Source: Octopus sinensis
Taxonomy: Eukaryota
Direction: 5' to 3'
Length of the DNA stretch: 64,000 bases
Assembly: GCF_006345805.1 (NCBI RefSeq)
Contig: NC_043000.1
Location: 112,716,001-112,780,000 of the forward strand
Below the pieces are notes generated by a model. That model had not been told where the DNA came from, did not search any database, and worked only from the letters and a program-made list of their open reading frames with translations. Position 1 is the first letter of the stretch. Each line of letters opens with the position of its first letter. A program made the translations under genes and the position numbers. This document shows, piece after piece, positions 26,608 through 38,381 of the stretch.

Positions 26608-26986
26608 GATGTACTTACATACATACATACATATACATATTCATATATACATATATATATATATATATACATACGCACACACATATATACACGTTCATAT
26701 ACTATCCTTCTTCGTATATATGATTATATCTGCGTATACGCATTCACACGCAATCACACACATATGTATATATTATATATATATACATATACATGTACTT
26801 ACATACATACATATACATATTCATATATACATATATATATATATACATACACACACACATATATACACGTTCATATACTATCCTTCTTCGTATATATGAT
26901 TATATATGCGTATACGCATTCACACGCAATCACACACATATGTATATAAATATATATATATACATATATATACATATATATGGATA

Positions 26987-27000
<14 letters not shown>
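23760..27000. repeat. ~1.48-kb tandem segmental duplication within (TA)/(CA) microsatellite
   Basis: Unique cores 24085-24410 = 25560-25890 and 24900-25050 = 26390-26540 (offset ~1480). A subunit TATACACGTTCATATACTATCCTTCTTCG occurs three times (~25198, ~26686, ~26863). Confidence 0.9.
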
Positions 27001-27042
<42 letters not shown>

Positions 27043-27100
27043 CATACACACACACACTTACAAACATACATATATGCATACAGACGCAAATATATAATAT

Positions 27101-27173
<73 letters not shown>

Positions 27174-28079
27174 GACAGACAGACAAATACATGTGTGTGT
27201 TTATGTTATAGTCGATGGTTTTTGATTACGTAACCGATAGCAGTCCAATATCTATCTATCTATCTATATATATATATATAAACGAGCGCAACTAAAACCA
27301 TATTTTAATACTAATTTTTCCTTTAATGAGAAACAAGTACATTTATTCTATTTGAACGGTAGACTTCTAATACAAAATCGCATGCAATTACATAAGAATT
27401 CCGTGTCTTTCCTGATATAAAAGCAATATAACGTCTAGGAGAAATCATTACCTTACTGGAATGTTACCAAATGTAGCATAATACCCTGTCTGCAATGGCG
27501 GTTTTAAATTTTATAACAAGGCCAGTAATTTCACGGGTCGGGGTAAGTCGACTACAGTGTTTAGCTGGTGATTATTTTATCGATCTTCAATGGATGAAAG
27601 GTAAAGTCGGCCTCGGCGGAATTTGAACTCAGAACGTCGAGACCGATTGAATGCCGCTTAGCATTTTACCCTCTATTTCTCTTATTCTTTTACATGTTTC
27701 TGTCATTTGACTGCGGCCATGCTGGAGCATCACATTAAAGAAACTGAACCCAGTACTTATTTCTTGTAAGCGTGGTACTTATTCTATCGGTATCTTTTGC
27801 CGAACTGCTAAATTACGGGGGACATCAACACACAAACTTCGATTGTCAAGCGATGGTGGGGCGACAAACAAAGGCACATAGACATACACACGCACTCTCA
27901 CACACATATTGTTCTTATTATGCAAAAGTGTCGTAAGTCCAAAAGGCTTCAGCTTAACAATAACACTTTGTTGGGTGTTGTAACTCCATGCATGTATGAC
28001 ACTAGGCTAGCGAAAAAGCTCGTGCGCCGTGTTAAAATAATGACATTTTATGCAAGAATTTATTCAAAAACAACAACAA

Positions 28080-28500
28080 CTATTCTTCAAAATAAAGACC
28101 ATCATTTCCCATGACTTTCTGCCAGCGATCTGTAAGCTTTCGGATTTGGTCAAAGTACCAATCCTTCGGCTTTGAATCAAAAAATTCTTGACAGGTTTCT
28201 TCAACTTCATCGCACAACTCAAATCGGCGACCTTTCATAAAGTGCTGCTTTGATCGGAAGGGACTGTAGTCAGGTGGAACAACGTCCGGACTATAGGCTG
28301 GATGTGGTAGAACTTCCGCACCGTCCAATTCTTGAATTTTGTTGCTGGTCTTTCTGGCTGTATGCGGCTTTGCATTGTCTTGTTAAAATAAAGCGCGTTA
28401 TCGACGAACAATCTTGGGTACATTTCAAGCAGCGCATCGTAGACTCGTTCAAGTTGCATTCATATAAAAAAAGCATTATTTTAACATAGCGCACATAATA
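28080..28500 (-). mobile_element. Mariner transposase C-terminal relic (pseudogene)
   Basis: QDNAKPHTARKTSNKIQELDGAEVLPHPAYSPDVVPPDYSPFRS..W....DGLYFEE*, containing the second and third catalytic Asp of a DD34D-type mariner (35-residue spacing here). Frameshifted upstream. Confidence 0.88.
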
Positions 28501-28691
28501 TTTTCATTCAGAAAATTTTTTGTAAAACTGTCGTATGTGGGACTTACTACACTTTTGAAAAATGCTAAACCTCTCTCCTACATTTTGACAATTTTTCACA
28601 TCTTGGTATCTGAAGCAGCTGGAGATACAATAGTTTGACCAAAAGAACCGGTTATTGCAAGCAAAAAAAAATATATATATATATTTACATA

Positions 28692-29260
28692 GGCGCAGGA
28701 GTGGCTGTGTGGTAAGTACTTACCAGCCACATGGTTCCGGGTTTAGTGCCACTGCGTGGCACCTTGGGCAGGTGTCTTCTACTATAGACAAGGGCCGACC
28801 AATGCCTTGTGAGTGGATTTAGTCGACGGAAATTGAAAGAAGCCCATCGTATATATGCATCTATATGTGTGTATATATGTTTGTGTGTGTGCTTACCACA
28901 CTTCGCTTGACAACAGATGTTGGTGCGTTTACGTCCCCCTAACTTAGCGGTTCGGCTAAGCGACCGATAGAATAAGTACTAGGCTAACAAAGAATAAGTT
29001 CTGGGGTCGATTTATGCGACTAAAGGCAGTGCTCCAGCATGGCCGCAGCCAAGATGACTGAAACAGATAAAAGAAAATAATAAAAGAATATATATATATA
29101 TATGACGGGCTTCTTTAGGTTTCCGTCAATCAAATCCAGGCACACGGATTTGGTCCGGCCCGAGACTATCGTAGAAGATACTTTCCCAAGGTGCCAGACA
29201 GTGGGACTGAACCCGGAACCATGTGGTTGGGAGGCAAACTTCTTACCACACATCAACGCC
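28692..29260. mobile_element. Two SINE A copies in opposite orientation (28692-29087 +; 29104-29260 -). Further A copies approx.: 21704-21805+, 27681-27890-, 29668-29945+, 47680-48000-, 52215-52585-, 55890-56065-, 57275-57640-, 63588-63693+
   Basis: Match to the SINE A head, core and tail segments. Confidence 0.8.
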
Positions 29261-29950
29261 TATCCCTAACGATTCTGTCGACTTATTAATTTCAAATTTT
29301 GTCACAAGGTCAGCATGTTCGGGGGAGGGGTCAATTGATTGCAACGAGACCCAATGGCCAATTGATATTTGTTTTATCGATCCTGGATCAAATAGTGATT
29401 GCAAGGATTTGTCTTCGACAACTAAAAATTCCTGTTAACACAATCCACAACTACTTCGCTCGCTTACTCTGTATGAGTACTGGTACTTTAAACATGGAGG
29501 TTCTTTGATTAAATTTGTGGAAATATATCTTTTATCTTTCATCTTTTATCTTTCGTCTTTTATCTTTAATCTTTCATCTCTTAATTGTTTAGAATATTTC
29601 AAGCATGCGCTTTTATTTTTATTTTTTCCCAGATTAAAATTTGCTTCGTTTTTCATAGTTTCCGTTCAGGCGTGGTAGTGTGGTAAGGAGTTTGCTTCGA
29701 AACCACATGGTTCCAGGTTCATTCTGAAAGTTTCGTATATGTGCGTGTGTGCGTGGCTTTGTGTCTGTGTTTGCTTTCCACCGCCGTTTGACAAACGGTG
29801 TTGGCACATTTACGTCTCCGCAAATTAGCGGTTTGGCAAAACAAGACCGATAGAACAAGTGCCAGACTTGTACAAAAATAAATACCGGGGTAGACTGAAT
29901 CGACTAAAAATTCCTTAAGGCCGCACCCCAGTACGGATGCAGTCTAATAA

Positions 29951-30172
29951 CCCTTTCATTACTGTATTTATTTTGAGTCACTTTGTGTTTCTTTCAATTA
30001 ATTTTAAATATAACAAAGAATTTAGTAAAATAGCTTAATTATCATTAAGCTAGTGTTAGGAACATTAATTGTGACTAAAATTTGATGGAAGATTTTAATT
30101 CAAACCTTATGAAAACAAGACATTTGTACTACGGAGCACGAGGTGGTTTCAGCCAGGTTGGTAACGAAAGGG
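29951..30172. mobile_element. piggyBac-type MITE
   Basis: TIRs CCCTTTCATTAC / GTAACGAAAGGG; right flank TTAA and left flank ATAA (degenerate TTAA TSD). Confidence 0.7.
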
Positions 30173-31110
30173 TTAAAACAAGCGAAAGATAATAAATGTA
30201 TTTTGTTATTGTTTTATCGATTGATTGATTTCATAATTTGGTATCACAATCTAAGAACCAATACGGCTCTTGACTACACATCTTCAACAGACTTATGACT
30301 GGTTCTCTTCTCTATCGACATTCGCCGTTTCTTCTCTTATAACCATTCTAAGTCGTTTTAGCTTTGGTTATTGCAGAGCATAAGTGTCCGAACTCCGCTT
30401 ATAGATTACAAATCGATCGATATATATATATATATTTCTCAAGTTATGCGAGACTAATACAATTTATATAACCTTGGCACATAAGTAACATATATCAGAG
30501 TTAGCTTTAAGCTTCTAGTCTACACACAATTCCAATCCAATCTATATCCCTGACAAACGCAGGTGTACCTCCGAGGTAAAAGAAAAAACAAAAATGAAAG
30601 CCAATTCATTTCGAAATCAGTTTAATGTGCTGAACTAGGAAGCGTTTTGAAAGTTATTCCATAACTAATTGTGCTGAAGTGACAAAATGTAGATTTGCTA
30701 AAGGTAATGTAAACTTGGAATGAAGAGAAGATATCGCTCGCATGTGGCGCATTGAATAAACTATGTTTGGCGATGGTGTCTTCTTCATTTGGCAGACTTT
30801 CATCCTATACAGATAGAGATGTGTTGCCAAGTTATTGGTCGCTTGACATGACGTACGGCGGCGAACGTGTATGTATGTATATGTCTGTGTGTGTGGATGT
30901 ATGTGTGTATGGTTACCTACTTGGCCCTCGTTTCTTCTTCCTCTTCTTCATTGCCTTCAGTCATTTTATATTTTGCAGGAATGTGCGATGGAATCTTTGT
31001 AAATACACACATATTAATGAATAAACGCCCACACAAATACATACATGAACACACATAAGTACAGGCAAATGTAGTATAGACAGTTGCACACACACTAAAC
31101 ACACACGTAA

Positions 31111-31480
31111 TCTCTCTCTATATAAAACTGAGAATGTGTGTCTGTCTGTCTGTCTGTGTGTTTCCCTAAACCTTGAGAACTACACAACCAATTTCATTCA
31201 AATTTTACACATGCCATGTAGTTTCATGGGCAAAAAATGTTCAACTTCTTGCCTAGAGCGAGCCCATAGCAATATCATATCTTCTCCACTATTTCAGTAT
31301 TACGTGTTAAAAGTGAAACAAAAACATTTCTCTATTTTATGTCAGATGCTTTCACTTTAACAATAAAAGTAATAATAACAATTGAATTATATGTAGTAAG
31401 TAATAATTAAAATCAAGCTAAAGTATAATATAATCGTAACATAACAAAAGTAAAAATAGCAATTGGTATAAAATTGCATC
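31111..31480 (+). mobile_element. Helitron-like 5' portion; a related copy starts at ~32161
   Basis: A|TCTCTCTCTATATAAAACTGAGAATG(TCTG)n..GTGTGTTTCCCTAAA..GAGAACTACACAACCAA..TTCAAATTTTACACATGCC is shared by both copies. 3' end not located. Confidence 0.55.
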
Positions 31481-32123
31481 AATGACTTGAACAAGTGGTT
31501 TCACATGAATGGGAATAAATTAAGAATAAAATTAGCGTGCAGAAATGGAAAAGTCCAGATGGATAATAAAAAATTAAATTAAAGAAAAGACTATTGTCTA
31601 TAAAGTATACAATGTAGAGAAAAAAGAAGATTTGAACACCTGGAGGAAAGCACCATCGAAAAGTGTCTTGGTGCAACTATGAAAGATAACTAACCAGAGG
31701 CGGTAAATTCGCCACAATAGAAGCAGGGTTCGAGTCAACGGAGCGTGCAAGGTAGTACTCGACTCGAACTTGCAAAGTGGAAATATTTTATTTTTACCTT
31801 TATATCTAGGACGTAGGACGTGCCGGATAAAAATTAAAAGTGTCCCCCCACCCAGATGTTGAGGTAGTCTGAATTGTAGCCACACTTCTATACAAGCGGG
31901 AGGACAAGATACAATTGATCGAAATTGCAAGGTTCCAGGCTGTTATATAATTTGAGTATTATTATCACTAGCGATATCAAGATATAACTTTGTATTCTGT
32001 ACTTTATGTGTAGATGTATATATATAGATGTATATGTAATATGTACACATATATATACACATATATACATGCACTAGTACTATGACCCGGCATCGACGCG
32101 CCATAATGCTAGTTTATATATAT

Positions 32124-32170
<47 letters not shown>

Positions 32171-32177
32171 CTGAGAA

Positions 32178-32212
<35 letters not shown>

Positions 32213-32299
32213 GTGTTTCCCTAAAACTTGAGAACTACACAACCAACTTCGTTCAAATTTTACACATGCCTTACTTAGGGTCCAAGGTGTGTCATGGGC

Positions 32300-32572
32300 T
32301 CGCTCTGGGCGCCATTGGGGCGACTGTACACAACCACCGGCCCACAGTCGACGCTATGGCGACCAGAGTTCGCTCTGGGCACCATTGGGGCGACTGTACA
32401 CAGCAACCGGCCCACAGTCGACGCTATGGCGACCACAGTTCGCTCTGGGCGCCATTGAGGCAACTGTACACAGCCACCGGCCTACAGTCGACGCTATGGC
32501 GACCAGAGCTCGCACTGGGCGCCATTGGGGCGACTGTACACCGCCACCGGCCCACAGACGACGCTCTGGCAT
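32300..32572. repeat. GC-rich minisatellite: ~4 copies of a 70-bp internally palindromic unit, inside a Helitron-like element
   Basis: TCGC(T/A)CTGGGC recurs at 32300, 32370, 32440 and 32510 (exact 70-bp period). Confidence 0.92.
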
Positions 32573-33481
32573 TGGTATCATCATTACAAAGGGCTTGGCT
32601 TGGCTTGGCTTCTGAAGGAGAGGAAAGAAAGAATTTTAATTATATATAGAGAACTATAGCGCGAAGGCAGCATAAAAAAACAGCCCTCCCTCAGTTGTTG
32701 GCAGTCTTACCTACTCCGCATTGCAACAAGTTGTGTCTTCGTCAAAGCTATTGCTCCCCCAAAGCAAATTAAATAAAATATGAGATACGTGGAACCTCAA
32801 AGCTGCTAACAAAAACAGGACAGTGAAAACATTCGGTAAGGGCTGTTTAACCCTAACGAGGGGAAGTGGTGAACGCTGGAGAAAGAAAGCTTTGTCAAGA
32901 GACAGACAAGATTGCATGAACGAGAAGAAAAAGAATTACATTTAGAAATAGATCTATAATTATTGAGGACAGATTTTCTGTTAGAAATAGAGAACTATAA
33001 ATATTGAATTATGCATAAAGTGCTGACTTACATTCGGGGCTTCCAATTTCTCTGTAAAATATAAGATAATCGCAAAATCATCGCACATGTCACCATCGAT
33101 TACAAAGACCGGTGGAAGATAAAAGTTCCAGAGGACATTCTTGTTCTTTCGTTGTACAAGGATCGTATTATGTTTCGGCTTAAAATTAATTATAGATACA
33201 AATATGATGTATAGAAATATATAAAAACCAGAATAGAAAATAAGCGTCTTAAGCGTATAAGATGAGATAACATGAGATAACAAGGTGTTATAAACTTGAA
33301 ACCTGCTAGAATATCATAGATTATGTATATCAAGTCATCCAGTCAGTTCTGTCCAATTTTGCCTCTTTTTTTAGATTTGAATGAAATTTAATAGTATTTG
33401 CAAATGTCTAATTCAATTAAAAATTATTTTTATGCTTTTGCGTACGTTTAAACTAATTAAATATTGTTTTACAAAATAATA

Positions 33482-34806
33482 GACGGTGTCCACAAAGTCT
33501 GCGTACATGGGGATTAACACATACTTTTAAAACAAAACAATTTTATTTAATTATAATGTTAATAAATAATATTTTCAAAGTGATTTCCATCATTTTCAAT
33601 TCATAACTTGATGCACCTTGTAACATTCAGGTGAACTTGATTAAATAGGTCTACATTGCCATCAATTTCAGCACACTGACTGGTAATGCGTTCTCTCATG
33701 TGTTTTAAATCTGTAATCTTTATTGAGTAAACTTTCTCTTTCAACATACCCCAGAAAAAGAAATCAAGGGGAGAAAGGTCTGGTGAACGAGGGGACCATT
33801 CCATATGACCCCTTCTTTTCAATCTAGTGAGGAAAAGTGTCATTAAGCCAATCTCTAACAGTTGTGGAAAATGGGTAGGGGACCCATTCTGCTGAAACCA
33901 ATTCGGAAGGCCCTCGCCTAGGCGCTCAATTTGAGATATTAATTTGTCTCTCAATATATTTGCATAAGTCTCATCCGTTACATGTTCAATGAAGAAGGGT
34001 CCTAGAACATGAGCTTTCCAAAAACCACACCAAACCATCACCTTTTTGCTGCCTTGCTGTTTGGATTGATCCATCCAATGTGGATTACCTCGAGACCAGC
34101 ATAGAAGATTCTGTCTGTTGACCTCACCATTTACATAAAACGTAGCTTTTTCACTGAACTACACAAAGTTTTTCGTAAAATTGATATTTTCATCCAATTT
34201 ATCTGAAAACCATTCGCACGTCTACATTCGTCTATCACGATCGTCTTCATTTAAGTGATGCAATATCTGTAGGTTGTATTGATGAAACTTTTCCTCAACC
34301 AGCATTTTGTGGATGGTTGGTTTTGGAATACCTAACACCGTGGATGTCCGACGAAGTGATTTCTTTGGGCTAGCAGAAACTTTAGCCTCGACAGCCTCTT
34401 TTGTTTCATCTGAAGTCTTTGGTCGCCCGGAACGGGGTTTATCCAAAACACTGCTTGTTTCTTTAAATTTCTTGATCAATTTCCTAACGGCAGTAAAATA
34501 AATAGGTTGCCCACAAGGGTTTCGAAGATTAAATTCTTCCGCAATTTTGGGATAAGACCATCCCTCTCGTCCACTTAATAATACTAACTCGATTCTTTCT
34601 TCTTTAGACATATTCATCATTCGATATGGGATTCTTTCTTCTTTAGACAGAGCCATCACTCGATCATCTGTAGAAAAAATAACAAATAAATTTAGAAAAG
34701 TAAAGTATTTTTTAAATTTAATTTAAACAAAAGTAAAAAATTATTATTTCTTATATTTATTTGTTTATGTTATGAGTTTATTCCATAAACCCAGACTTCG
34801 TGGACA
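33482..34806 (-). mobile_element. Tc1/mariner-superfamily transposon, probably DD41D (rosa/Visitor)-like; transposase pseudogene (34222-34659 HTH part; 33601-34074 catalytic part)
   Basis: N-terminal HTH with PRSGRP; catalytic part VMVWCG..GPFF..WFQQNGSPTH..WSPRSPDLSPLDFFFWG. Imperfect TIRs TGTCCACAAAGTCTGCGTACATGG / TGTCCACGAAGTCTGGGTTTATGG (rc); TA at the left end. Several frameshifts and a stop codon. Confidence 0.85.
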
Positions 34807-34839
34807 ATTTAAAATTGCTTTGATTAAAACCCTTTCAAC

Positions 34840-35120
34840 ATGGAAGTATCCAAGGAGCATTTAAGGCACATATAATTCTTTATGAGTACAATAAAGGTAA
34901 CTCTGCAGCCGAAGTGACTCGAAACATACACTCAGTTTATGGGAAAGTGCTCGAATGAAAGAACTTGCAGGAGATCGTTTGCAAAATTGAAGATGAATAT
35001 CGAACAGGACGTCCAGTTGAGTTTGATGATAAGCTCCTTGAGGCATTACTTGAAGAAAATCCGTCATTATCAGTTGAAGAATTGAGAATAAAGCTTAGTC
35101 CAAACCATACAACAGTTCAT
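34840..35120 (+). mobile_element. Mariner transposase N-terminal fragment
   Basis: MEVSKEHLRH..LYEYNKGNSAAEVTRNIHSVYG..EDEYRTGRPVEFDDKLLEALLEENPSLSVEEL (mariner paired-like HTH), frameshifted. Confidence 0.8.
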
Positions 35121-35256
35121 AAAATGTGGTATACGATATCGGATATTTGTCTTAAAACATTCAGACAAGAAAACTCAGATGTAGCACATGAGGTATTACT
35201 CCATACGAATATCTACATATTTATATTTATATTTTCATGATAAAAATATAGAAATA

Positions 35257-35822
35257 TTGGGTTGTCCGGAAAGTTCATGCCCGTTTATAGTAGCTTATTT
35301 TTCGACTTATTTTAGAACATGTTTGAGTCCATAAAATAGGATTTGACTACACCTCCATTTAGAGCACAGTTTAAGCTATCTTTTCTTGGAAGAAGATTTA
35401 TGTTCCTATAACCTGTGTTAATTCTGTAACCCTTTAAATTAAAAGATGAGAAAGTTCATTTTCGGCACTTGATGCTTTGGGAACCAGACAAAAATTGCTG
35501 CAACTCGGCTGGGATGTGTTACCCCCACCCTCCATATTCACCAGATATTGCTCCTTTGGATTTCCACTTATTTAGGTCTCTGCAAAATAGTCTTAATGGT
35601 GAAAATTTCAATTCCTTAGATGACGTAAAAAGATACCTTGATGAATTATTTGCCTTGAAACCACCCCAATTCTGGGAAGAGGGTATTTTCAAAGTAAAGG
35701 AAAGATGGAGACGTATTGTGCAACAAAATGGTTCAGATTTGGTTCATTAAAAATGTAATGGCAAGTATTTAGTGACCTTTACTTTCCTTTAAAAATCGGA
35801 ACGAACTTTCCGGACAACCCAA
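35257..35822 (+). mobile_element. Internally deleted mariner (non-autonomous) with both TIRs
   Basis: TIRs TTGGGTTGTCCGGAAAGTTC / GAACTTTCCGGACAACCCAA, with TA at the left flank. N-terminal codons EKVHFRHLMLWE are joined to C-terminal KLLQLGWDVL..HPPYSPDIAPLDFHLFRSLQN..W..IVQQNG. Confidence 0.9.
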
Positions 35823-36060
35823 ATAAACATAACAATGAAATACGAATATAAACATGAAAAATAAAAACCTAAATTGAAAGAGGCGATTAAAATTTTTTTC
35901 CTAACCTGCAGCCGTTTCAGAAAAGTGGTTGTACGAAGTATTCGAAATTCAGCCCTCTTTCCTCAGGGTTCCTTTCTCGAGGTAAAATCCAACAAAAAGC
36001 ATTAAGGCACTACATGGTGAGTATTCAGTTGGTGAAAGTTCAGTTTTTGAGTATCGATGA

Positions 36061-36600
36061 CTGTTTCTTTATCGCCCACAAGGGGCCAACATAGAGGGGG
36101 ACAGCACAACATGATTGGGGTCATGTTAAAACAATGATGAACAACATAAAAATGCAAGTGAAAATACAATAAAATTTACAAAACATCGAAAAATCAAATG
36201 TTACACTTTTTACACAACAAACAACAAAAGACGCATGAAGCGGAAAAAAAAACAGGATCGCCGACCCCACGAGCCCTGTTTTTCCCACTGAAACTTGGTA
36301 ACTGACTTATGGCGTGTTCATGTAGTAACTTTTACTCTCAGCGATCGTGCAACACGCTTCCATCGTTTTTGGAACTCGCATACTGACAGACACCTTTTCT
36401 CTAGCTCCACCTTTCTTTTTAGGTGGAACTTAAAAAAGTTCACCAAGGCGACGCCAGAGATCATGGTGTCTGTCTTTATACCTTTCGTTCTGGTCTTCCA
36501 TATAATCTCTTTCGCTACTGCTACTATTACGAGAAAGCAATGCTTACCTTCGTTTGTCAAAAAACTAGGCGAGTCAATTTTTAGAATTATCTCAGCCGAT
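36061..36600 (-). mobile_element. 5'-truncated L1/Tx1-like LINE: ORF2 C-terminus (36318-36600) + T-rich 3' UTR
   Basis: ..FLVIVAVAKEIIWKTR..FFKFHLKRKVELEK..FQKRW.. fits the AK..IW..R / F...W C-terminus of Tx1-like ORF2. The UTR ends GGCCCCTTGTGGGCGATAAAGAAACAG. Confidence 0.65.
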
Positions 36601-37139
36601 AGTTCAAATTCCGACAACATAAACTTCACATTTCCTCCTTTCGGGGTCGATAAAATAAGTATCAGTTAAGTACTGGAGTCGATTGCTGATCGTTTGCCAA
36701 AATTCGAAACAAATGTTGAGATTAGTTCCAATCCGAAGCCATTAATTCTGATCGTATTTCTTGTGTCTCTTCTAATATGTCTTCAACCCAATTTTCTGGA
36801 ACAAAGTCATTCTTTTATCACTCTCATTGTCTTTATGATTTTTATAGTATTTTTTTAACCTCCTACAACTATTGTTCGTGTGTTTCACTTTAAACAACCT
36901 TAACTATGAAAAGAAATCTTCACTTATAAGTAAAAGCTTTAAAATAAGGGAACAACTAGCAGTGTTACCCTGCAATAATTATTTAACACTTAACTATGGA
37001 AAGAGATCAAAGACAGAACCGTAAATTTTGACATAATGAAACAAGTTTGATGGTTGCACTATGCACAAATTTAAGGGACATTACGTTCCCTACCTCTCTC
37101 TCTCTCTCTCTCTCTTTCCCTACATATGTGTACATTACT

Positions 37140-37410
37140 TGTGATTGTGATAACATTTACCTGAGTTGGGTTGAGCCTGCTCCGGTTAACGAGTTCACCA
37201 CGTCCCTCACAAATGCTGACCACATCCGACAGTCGGCCCTAACATTTCAGCAGGCAGAGTAATACTTCTGCCTGCACCCCAAAAATCCAACTTCGAAATT
37301 TGACAAATACCCTACTGGGCGAGCAAATGCATCGTATAGCTCGGACGCCGTGGTCGTAGTCATTGATCGTTGTTGAGGAGTAGAGGTCATGTCGGGAACA
37401 TGAACCTTGT
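37140..37410 (-). mobile_element. Old RTE-clade LINE 3' fragment
   Basis: Minus strand ..RADCRMWSAFVRDVVNSLTGAGSTQLR* resembles RTE C-termini (A.DR..WS..RDVVNS..AGST), recalled from memory. It is followed by CACAATCACAAGTA, resembling an (ACAAGT)n tail. Confidence 0.5.
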
Positions 37411-37971
37411 ATATGTGCGTTATGTTTCTATTTATAATGTCTACCTTACCCTCTCCAACTATCTCTCTCTCATACACACACACACAAACATTCTATCAGT
37501 TTATCTGCGTGGATGTGTGTTTGCTGACAGTGCCAAAAAACTTTGTCGCTAAACAAGCTGAATGTATCCAGTCAACCGGGCCAGTCGTTAACGTCAAAAC
37601 AGCTGCGCCGTATCGTCCCTTCTGTCTTTAATTATGGAGAGCTGGCAGAAACGTTAGCACGCCGGGCGAAATCCTTAGCCGTATTTCGTCTGTCTTTATG
37701 TTCTGATTTCAAATTCCGCCGAGGTCGACTTTGCCTTTCATCCTTTCGGGATCGATAAATTAAGTACCAGTTGTGCACTGGGGTCGATCTAATCCACTGC
37801 CCCCCCTCTCCCCTAAAATTTCGGGCCTTGTGGCTAGAGTAGAAAAGAATTATGGAACGTATTCGAAAATCCAATAATAATTTTAAACATTGAGAGAAGT
37901 CTCAGAGTTGCTTATTAAAGAACTTAAACGATGAAAGGAATTCGGAAACATGATTGAAACTTTAATATAAT

Positions 37972-38381
37972 GGCGCAGGAGTGGCTGTGTGGTAAGTAGC
38001 TTGCTAACCAACCACATGGTTCCGGGTTCAGTCCCACTGCGTAGCATCTTGGGCAAGTGTCTTCTGCTATAGCCCCAGGCCGACCAATGCCTTGTGAGTG
38101 GATTTGGTAGACGGAAACTGAAAGAAGCCTGTCGTATATATGTATATATATATGTATGTGTGTGTGTATGTTTGTGTGTCTGTGTTTGTCCCCCCAGCAT
38201 TGCTTGACAACCGATGCTGGTGTGTTTACGTCCCCGTAACGTAGCGGTTCGGCAAAAGAGACCGATAGAATAAGTACTGGGCTTACAAAGAATAAGTCCC
38301 GGGGTCGATTTGCTCGACTAAAGGTGGTGCTCCAGCATGGCCGCAGTCAAATGACTGAAACAAGTAAAAGAGTAAAAGAGT
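37972..38381 (+). mobile_element. SINE family A, near-consensus full-length copy
   Basis: Complete head, core and tail; TAATATAA on both flanks is a probable TSD. Confidence 0.88.

Noticed and set aside
32300-32572. CRISPR-like array
   Set aside because: Units are near-identical over their whole 70 bp with no unique spacers; eukaryotic context and no cas genes. The three overlapping ORFs are GC-repeat read-through.
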